Below the pieces are notes generated by a model. The model made no database searches and had not been told where the DNA came from. It saw only the letters and a list, made by a program, of their open reading frames with translations. Shown here piece after piece: positions 55,522 to 64,000 of a DNA stretch of 64,000 nucleotides (position 1 is the stretch's first letter; each line of letters starts with the position of its first letter). The position numbers were made by a program, and so were the translations under genes. The stretch lies in assembly GCF_009914755.1 (NCBI RefSeq), contig NC_060938.1. The stretch is one strand, 5' to 3'. The DNA comes from the human T2T-CHM13v2.0 reference genome, Homo sapiens.

Positions 55522-56059
55522 CTAAATACATTAAAAAAAAATCTGAGATACTATTGAATAATTCTTTCTTTTCACAATTTTTATTCTTAAAATACCATGC
55601 AAAGACACTTATGCAAAGGAATGGAAAATACTTAAGAAAATAAAAAACAAAAGTAAAACAGAATGAAGTCCTTAGGTCGTATTTTTGTATTATACACTAT
55701 CGGACATATTGTACTACACTTCCTCTCTCCAAACCCCATTTATGCTTCCTATATTCTAGGAGTTTCATGTTAAATTCATTTTACAAGATATTGAATAGCT
55801 TCCATGTAGAACAATTTATATTTCTGATATGCTTTGATAGTTACATGGGAGGACAAAAATGCATAGTGACAAATGACGATAATTCAATGCAGTGGTTGCA
55901 ATATGTCATATTATTTTCTTCAATTAATATTTCTCCCTACATGCCATATTTTTCCTTTGACCTAAAAGAATGTAAAAAAGGGGCTTTACCATAATTCTAA
56001 ACTAACAAACTTTCTGAGGAGGGGAAGAGTAAATTATGGCCACTCAAATTTTAAATTTA

Positions 56060-56830
56060 TGATTATATCAAGAATCCTTCTACTTCTCACCCCCTCCACA
56101 CTGTGGCCTTTCTGGTCCAGACCACTTCCACCTCTCCCTGGATTACTGCAACTCCCAAACTGGTCTCCCTGTTTCTGCCATGCTTCCGTAGAGTGTATTT
56201 TCAACACAGGAGCCAGTGATCCTCTAAAAATATAAGTTAGATCACATCATTTCTCTGCTTCCAATACCTGATCATTTCACTGAGGTTAAATACCTTCCAA
56301 TACCTGATCATTTCACTCAGATTAAATACCAAAGCCCTCACAATGGCCTACAAGGCCATACACAATGTGGATATTCTCCCTATGCCCACATGGTTCCAGC
56401 CACTTGATTACTTTTTTTCTGTTATTCAAAGAGGCCAAGCACCCTGTAAGCTTCAGCTGGTTCCCTCTACCGCCATAATCCCAAGTCAATTTCAAGTCTT
56501 GGCTGAAAAGTTACCTTATCAGTAACACCTTCTCTGACTATTCTGTTAAAAATACCAGTACTACCACTCCCCTACCCAGCACTCCCTTATCCTCCTTACC
56601 TTAATTTTCTCCATTCCATTACTACCACCCAACATTCAGTATATTTTCTTTCTGTATTATTTGTTTCCCCATTCTAATATAAGCTCCAAGAGGACAGAGT
56701 TTTATCTGTTTTGTTCATTAGGTAGGGCTGTGCAGCTTGTGCACTGCACAAACCTAGGAAGCATCAGTTCATAAGACTACAATGCATGGCAAAGAGCTGG
56801 TGCTTGATATTTACTGACTGAATGAATACA
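56060..56830 (+). mobile_element. L2a fragment
   Basis: cctggattactgcaa...agccagtgatcctctaaaaatataagttagatcacatca...ctgaatgaat. Confidence 0.75.
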
Positions 56831-57144
56831 TGATTAGCCAATCATTATGCAATTAAAGAATACGGGTAAATTTCTATATCAAAATTGTCAACTTGTTATG
56901 TAAAAATTCTAGAAATTTTGAGGATTTTAAGAAATCTTAGGACCTTGGTTGTTCTTGTTCTTAAATAAGTTAACTTGTTCATTTGACTTTGCTTTTGCTG
57001 CTCCCTTTACCTACAATGTCCTCTGCCTTACTTCTGTATCTTTCAAGAGCCAGTTCAAGCTTCACTGGGTAACGCAGGCACTGCCGAAACCTCTTCATTC
57101 GCATAAAGGCTCCTTGTGCCCCCACCATTCTTCAGTGCTCCTGA

Positions 57145-57265
57145 GTTTTTTGGGACAGACTCTCACTATACTGTCCAGGCTGGTCTCAAACTCCTGGACT
57201 CAAGCTCTGTTCCCCACTCAGCCTCCCAAGGAACTGGGATTATAGGCACACACCACTACACCCAT
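57145..57265 (-). mobile_element. FLAM/Alu monomer
   Basis: ccaggctggtctcaaactcctggactcaag. Confidence 0.8.
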
Positions 57266-57854
57266 CCTTTCATTACTCCTTTAAAACTCTACTTCACTAT
57301 TAATCTTTCTCTCATTTGGATTATAAAGTCCTTGAAGCTGGGGACTATGATTATATCATCTCAGTATCCCTTGTGCCTAAAATAGTGCTTGGAGCATAGT
57401 AAACATTCAACAGATATTTTTCCAAAAACTTAACTGTTTCATACTATTATTAGAGACTTAACCAGTCAATCCTTTTATACAGTGGCATTTTAAACCCATC
57501 CACTTCTGAGGGAAGAGATTAATTCTTAATGCCAGTGTCTTATTACTCTCAAAGACTTACTCATTCTGTTTTCTTCTTCTACCTTCATCTGGCTAGCATA
57601 GCTTCAGATAGCTAGTATACTCCAGCTATACTGGATTCAGATATCTCCTGAACCATATTTTGTGTTTTTGTCCTTTTTTGCAAATGGTGTTTCTTCTTTT
57701 TGGAATGCTTTGCTCTGGAAAATTCCTACTAATCCTTCAAGGCCTCAAATGTCACTTCATTAGGATGCCATCATCCCTTGACCTACCCTGAGAGAGTCAA
57801 ACACTAACTTTCTGTCCCTCCGTACATACATCTGCAAAGGTGAAATAAGCAACT

Positions 57855-58470
57855 GTCCATTCAATAAACATTTGAGCACTTGCTTTGTGCCAGGCACTGT
57901 AATAGGTACAAAGAAATGAATATGACAGACATAGTTGCACTCTCACGGACTATCTAGCAGGAGACAGACATTAAACAAACAGAACCATGATAACTGCTTT
58001 AAAGGGGAGCAGGGAATACCAGGTGCTATATAAGATTATACAAAAGGTGAATCTGCACTGGTCTAGGATTAGGAAGAAAAAGCATGGACAGAAGGGCATG
58101 AGTATAAAGATCCTAAAGCAGCACAACGAGTGGGAGATGGGAAGCCCAGAGGTGTAGCTGGAACTACAGATGTGGACAATACTATTTAAAATTACAAACC
58201 CCCTTCAATCCCAATCTCCACATTTTTAGCTGGGAAGAAACAAGATCAAATTTGAGCTTTAGAAAAAGCAATCTGGCCACAGGGTAGAGATGATCTAGAG
58301 GAGTCCAGTGGCAAAGAAACCAGTAAATATCCTTCCATCAGTCCAAGCCAGAGATCACAGTGGCTTCAACTCTAGTAGTAGCAGTAGAGATAAGACAGAA
58401 GTGGGCAGATTTGAGAGATATTTATTTAGAAAACAGAATCAACAGACATGGTGACTAAATGGAGAGGGAG
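57855..58470 (-). mobile_element. L2 fragment
   Basis: cattcaataaacatttgagcacttgctttgtgccaggcactgt. Confidence 0.7.
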
Positions 58471-58504
58471 ACTCAGTCTCTGCACCCAGTAAGGACTTGG
58501 GTTT

Positions 58505-58620
58505 GAGCAGGGTGCAGTAGTGACACATGATTGTAGTCCCACTGACACAGGAGGTTGAAGCAGGAGCATTACTTGAGCCTAGGAGTTCAAGTACAACCTG
58601 GGCAAGACTGGACTATCTCT
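58505..58620 (+). mobile_element. FLAM/Alu monomer
   Basis: caggagcattacttgagcctaggagttcaag. Confidence 0.7.
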
Positions 58621-58639
58621 TTTTTCTTTTTTTTTTAGA

Positions 58640-58810
58640 GTTGTCACTTAGTATCTTAGGCATGTTTGCTTGGGCTCTTTAAACTTCAATTTATTTATCT
58701 GTACAGTGATAACACCACCACCATCTCAAAAGGGTACTATGACCTTTTAAGTGAATTGACATACACATAACACTTCCTGAGTGACTGGCACTTACTGTTC
58801 AAGAAATGTT
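58640..58810 (+). mobile_element. MIR
   Basis: cttcaatttatttatctgtacagtg...gtgactggcac. Confidence 0.55.
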
Positions 58811-58904
58811 AGGAGCTAAATGAAAATTTGGTGACTAAATGAACTGCAATTTTTTAACCATTTGCAAAGGTTCATTATGAGGTGCCACTTAGCACTTTGC
58901 TTAC

Positions 58905-59057
58905 CTGTCTGTAACCGCAAGTGGGCCTCAATATTTTGTAGTCGTTCTTCTACAGCCTGATTACCACAGTCTCGAAGCATGCTGTTAGGTTTATGACCTG
59001 ACCCTGGAATTCCTTCAGGTCTAGTCTGTGGTCCGTATGTATTCACAACTCTAGAAA
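58905..59057 (-). CDS. MBIP: MBIP coding exon 6 (153 nt, VSRVVNTYGPQ...HLRLQT)
   Basis: Acceptor atttag|TTT, donor CAG|gtaagc; overlaps ORF 58816..59046. Confidence 0.95.
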
Positions 59058-59290
59058 CTAAATTAAGAAACTTTTGAGCCTATATACATTTGTATTTCAA
59101 AAATCAGAAATTCTTATTCCTTAACAGCACTTTATATTTTTTTCATAAAGACCATCTAACCATAAGTATGAAGGACGGCAAGATGTTTTTGTTTTAAAAT
59201 AAAATTTAGATGGGAAAGTTATTTCTATTCCATTTTGCTAATAATCTAGACTTCTGTCAGTGACTCAGATGTCATGTGGTGGTTACTTAC

Positions 59291-59356
59291 CTTTTACGTG
59301 ACTTTTAAATCCGGGGTAAGGGGTAAAAATCGCATCAGTTCTTGCACAACTATTTT
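59291..59356 (-). CDS. MBIP: MBIP coding exon 5 (66 nt, ENSCARTDAIFTPYPGFKSHVK)
   Basis: Acceptor ccttag|AAA, donor AAG|gtaagt; phase 1-1, open frame. Confidence 0.95.
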
Positions 59357-61843
59357 CTAAGGAGAATTTAGATAAATATAAGTTTAAATATATTCTTCCC
59401 TTCAAATGTATGAGATTTTAATAAACTTTCAATAATTCATATTAACATTTTACTCATAATAATTTTAATAAATAATAGTAACAATAAATTACTATCACAC
59501 ATAGGATAGAATTTAGTGACCTTCTTTACCTGTCAAAATTTATCATAATATCTAATATTCTTACCTAATGTTCAGATTTATATACAGAAAAGCCATCAAC
59601 ATTAAGTGGCACAAATTGATACAATTTTGAAAACCAATGTCACTATTTGGGCCACTGGAGAAAATAATCTACCATAGAGTATTTAAATTCTACTTCATCG
59701 TAGAAATAAAACTCATCATTTTTACTAGAATTCTTTTAATTCAGCATTTTTTATTTTAATGACCAAATTAGTGAATATCCAACAAAAAGAATTATTTAAC
59801 ATTTTTATTTCAGAACTCCACACAAAGATGACCTCAAAACCTCAAGTACACATACATTTCCACTCTACCTAGATTTCCAGTGCTCATTTTAAAAACCCTT
59901 CATCACAAAAGTCATCTACTTCTTCTTATCCCACCACTTTTCAAAAAAGTTTCATTTTAGTAAAGGTCTATTGTGAAAATTTGTTCCTATTTTTTTCCAA
60001 GCTGAAAAGTAGTTTCTTTCAAATTAAGTATCAATGCATAAATTACAAAAGGGGAAAATTGGAAAGATGTTAACATATAATACAACTAATTAACATAATT
60101 GTTATATATTAACATACGATACTACATAGTAATAATATATACTTATGTTTGAAATAATGTTTAAAGGCCACACATTGGCAGTAAATCTCCTGTAAAATTC
60201 CCCTGAATATTTTGTAAAAAATGGCTGGTAAATGAGATTCTTTAAAAAAAATTATTTTTTCCCCCCTATGAAATTTGATTTTTAAAAATTCCACTGCTTA
60301 TAGTTAGGTTAAATTTGTAGGTATTAAAAGGAACACACTAACATATTAAAATACATTTGTATTTTTTTCAGTTGAACTTTCCTTAGTAGTTCTGTTGATA
60401 AATCAAATAGTATGCATAAAATTCCAAATCCACTTAGCTTTTATATCTAGAGACTAAATAGACATCTTTCCTCCTTTTTTTTTTTTTTGGAGGCACCTCA
60501 AAATATGCTTAAAGGGCCATCCTTTCTCCATTCTCTTCCTACCATTTCATGGGGCTAAGGGTTAAAAAAAGAAGCTATCATCCATTCCAGAACTATATTC
60601 CAAACATATAGATTAACTGACCATCAGTGAGAAATTCAGCATGGTGTGAGTGTATGACTGCTAGTCACTCTCCACAGCAATTCTTGCTAGCACTGTTTTG
60701 AGCCAGCAAAGAATTGAATGGGCCAAGGAATCCTGCTGAGCATTTCAATTCTCGTCAATTTCTATCCCCTGGTGGTTTATAATAATAGAGTTAGCAGGGA
60801 GAACAGAGGAATAACATTAGTGACACATGTGCTTGCTCTCTCAACAAACCCTTTCTCATAGTCGCTTGTAGTTGGTTGTAGTACCTGAGATTTTGCCATT
60901 GTTGCACCTGTTCTGAAAAGCTAACAGGAAAATATACCAAATTTAGAGATGCACATGTGTAATGTTAATAGTAGCACACAGCTAAATTCAGGACCCAATA
61001 CCAGCCTATATTACTTCATTAAGAGAATCAGTGTACCAATGTGATATGAGTCATTTCTAGGTTCATCTGACAATTCTATGTTCATAATAATTAGCCATGA
61101 GATATTAGAAGCAACAAGAAACATGTTCATTCCAATTATGAACTCTTCTCCATAATTTTTCCTAAGAACTACTTGTTCTGATTATTACTATGGTGCCTGA
61201 GTATAATCTATGGCACTGCATTGCAATATTTTGTATTCTGCAGCATACTTGCAGATTTGTAAATGTACTATAGCATCAAGTAGAGAGGTAAAGGTGAATC
61301 AGATGAAAAACAGCAAATGTATGCACTATGGCAGAAAGGAAAAAAGCAAGACACCATGGTCTTCATGATAAATTGGTTGTATCGTGACACAGGACATTTC
61401 AAACAGCTCAGGAGTAGTGAGAAAACTGCTCCCTCTGGAGGAATATTAACTTTACTAAGTTCACTTACGTATTAACATCATGATTTCACAGTACATGTAT
61501 AGGTTTGAAATTCATAGAGCTCAGTTCCTTTTACTAGTGAGATAGATCAACCTTCTCACTCGTACCTCACCTTCATTTCCTAAAGGAACTTTACAATAAT
61601 CTTCACCTGTGATAAACACTTTTTAATGTTAGCATTTACTTTGTGTAACCAAAATGAAAACCAGTTTGCAATATAGTCTATTATTAAGCAGAAGGAAACT
61701 CTACTGTCTTAATTACTAACTAAATCCATGAAATAAATTGAATTGTGTTCTAAAAGCTATTCATTTAAAAAATAAATAAAAGATTAGAGCAACTATAAAA
61801 ATTGTGCTTAAAACCCTATGAAAATTAATTTCCAGGTAGTTAC

Positions 61844-61940
61844 CTTGATTACAATCAATAACATTGCAAAATTCCCTGACGTTGTTTTCATTGATTTCAG
61901 CTTGCTTTCTTTCAATAAATGCAGATATTCGTCTGTCAAT
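61844..61940 (-). CDS. MBIP: MBIP coding exon 4 (97 nt, IDRRISAFIERKQAEINENNVREFCNVIDCNQ)
   Basis: Acceptor tttgtag|ATT, donor CAAG|gtaact; in frame with exon 3 across an 82-nt intron. Confidence 0.95.
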
Positions 61941-62022
61941 CTACAAACAACAAGTTTTAACAGTGTAAACATAAGATTTTTTAAAATAATACCCTCTCGC
62001 CCCCGCCAAAAAACCTTCTTAC

Positions 62023-62247
62023 TTCTGCTTTTCCAGCCTTTATCTGAACTACTTCTGGATCAAAATGGATCTGTGTCTTTTTCACATCTCTTAAATCACT
62101 TTCTTTGTGCTTTTCTTCCTCTTGTAGGTCGCCAATGGAAAATTTGTCATTTACTTCATTTTTGTTCCCCATTTCTGTTCTTCCTATCTCTTCAACAGCA
62201 GTTGTATTCTCCTCTTTAATCGGAGACTGAAGTTTTGCTAAAAAAGG
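62023..62247 (-). CDS. MBIP: MBIP coding exon 3 (225 nt, PFLAKLQ...KAGKAE)
   Basis: Acceptor ttctcag|CCT, donor GAA|gtaaga; 75 codons matching the MBIP protein as I recall it; lies inside ORF 61981..62268. Confidence 0.95.
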
Positions 62248-64000
62248 CTGAGAACAACACAATTCCATCTGCTGAGGTTCAATCTGACCAAAATTAATTA
62301 CACACTTAATATATTTACATAAATTTCTGCTAAGTAAATGAAATACTTAATATCAGTTAATAAATATAAAAAGTTGGTATACCAGGACACATAGATCTGA
62401 CCACATATAAGTACTCACTATTCTCTGCTATTGTAACCATTATCATTTGCTATAAATTTGTTTTTTAAAAAAGGAGAGAGGAAAAAAGAAAAGAAAAAAG
62501 AAAAGAAAACCTAAGGAAATTTAAAATTTTCTTTGAGAGAATCATTCTGTCACTCATCTTTTATTTTGTGCCAAATCAAAGCCTTCAGCCTCTGGCACCA
62601 ATGCCACTTAATTAACATGTCATTCAAATGCCTCCTCAGAACACTAAGGCTTAGTATTTTTCCTCCTTAACACGAGAGCTAGTGCTCTCACTCAGCAAAG
62701 CCCTGCATTATCACTGTATCACTGGAGATTCTCCACTTGAAACTGCAGTTGGCCAATGTGAATGAGGAAGCATAGACATGAAATATATAGGTGTTAGGCT
62801 GAGTGAACACTCAGACTTTTCCTGACATGGCAAGATATCTTTTGGTCATAAAATTAAATTTTAAAAAAGAAAACGAACAAGAAAAAAAAAAGATCTATAG
62901 CTGAAAACAGGCAGAGGCCTATCACTATACTACAGGGGGAAAACCCCTGTTGTAGAATTTAAACTATATTACTCATTTACTGTTCCCCTCCCCCACTCCC
63001 CACAATGAGGTCTCATTTGAGTTCTAGAGCTCACTGCTCTGCCCTTTAAAAACAGGGTTAACTATTACTTTTAACATGAAACAGTTAAAATTTCCCACAA
63101 AGTCAATGAATGGAGGGCTGAAAATTAATGCCTATTCCATTAGTCAAAACACACTAACACTAATAACGTTCCAATTATTTTTTTCATACCTACAATTTTG
63201 CTTCCATTGTTCGCTATACTACTCTTTTGAAATCTTATAACACCTTAATCACAGTAAACTGACCAATCCAAACAGTTTTTCCACTTATCTTTTTGACACT
63301 TCACATTTTACACTTTGATTAGAGATAAACTGCAAACTTACATCAATTATAATTGCAAAGATGTTCAATTAGAAACCAGCAAGGTCATAATACTGTTCAG
63401 TTATTAACATGAAATATTTAAAAATATAACAACACTATTATAAATACCAATTCAATATTAACTTCTAATATAAAGAATGAATTATTTCAAACTGTTAAGG
63501 AAAAGAAATGATAAAATAGTGACTGGCTACTTACTAAGATGAGACATTAATGTCATAGAAATTACTTTCTTTTTAAAAACTATGCTGAAACTGTTTAATT
63601 GCAATAGACACTCCAGGATGTGTCATGCTGGGATAATGCCCCTTCTTGAACCACTGAAAGCACTCCATGAGCCTCCAAACTCACCCAAGGCATGGAATCA
63701 TTATCATAGCATGACACACACCTGCCGTGTCTTATTGCTTAATTATAACCCACCATAGATGGAACTGTATTGAATTTTCAGTGCAGGTCTAGAATTGAAT
63801 AGAATTGCATTCATTCACTCATACCCACATTGGTCTTTTGGGCTATATTCCCTTAACTGTCCTGATCACTACTGAAATTAACAGATTTAGATTAAATCCG
63901 GATGTAAATAACGTTTTATTAGCAACACTATTAATATAGTGTTTAGAACTGTCAAATACTCCAACTAACTTAACCACAATCAATTTCTATTTTCAATATC

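Noticed and set aside
61818-62219. 133-aa + strand ORF
   Set aside because: Antisense shadow of MBIP exons 3-4.

Overview
Primate (very likely human) genomic DNA, not prokaryotic: AT-rich, CpG-depleted and full of Alu, L1, L2, MIR, MaLR and DNA-transposon relics. The right third holds the 3' part of MBIP (MAP3K12-binding inhibitory protein 1) on the minus strand. Seven coding exons (3-9) can be reconstructed with GT-AG junctions and one open frame ending ...ESMATHHLP*, with a poly(A) signal at 45918-45923; exons 1-2 lie beyond the window. The left ~45 kb is gene-free. From memory, MBIP lies at 14q13.3 between PTCSC3/LINC00609 and NKX2-1. The best candidate for a hidden system is regulatory rather than protein-coding: a repeat-poor tract (~14.8-33.5 kb) containing a compact PAX8/NKX2-1/FOX motif module at ~16.4-16.7 kb (probably carrying thyroid-cancer SNP rs116909374 in the PAX motif), a CpG-retaining element at ~19.5-20.6 kb and an RFX module. 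Other leads are two frame-preserving 36-nt candidate microexons in MBIP intron 4, an NLS-like motif on a skippable 39-nt exon next to a NAGNAG acceptor, and an expanded MADE1 hairpin with symmetrically changed arms. Repeat subfamily names and all literature or coordinate links come from memory and need checking.
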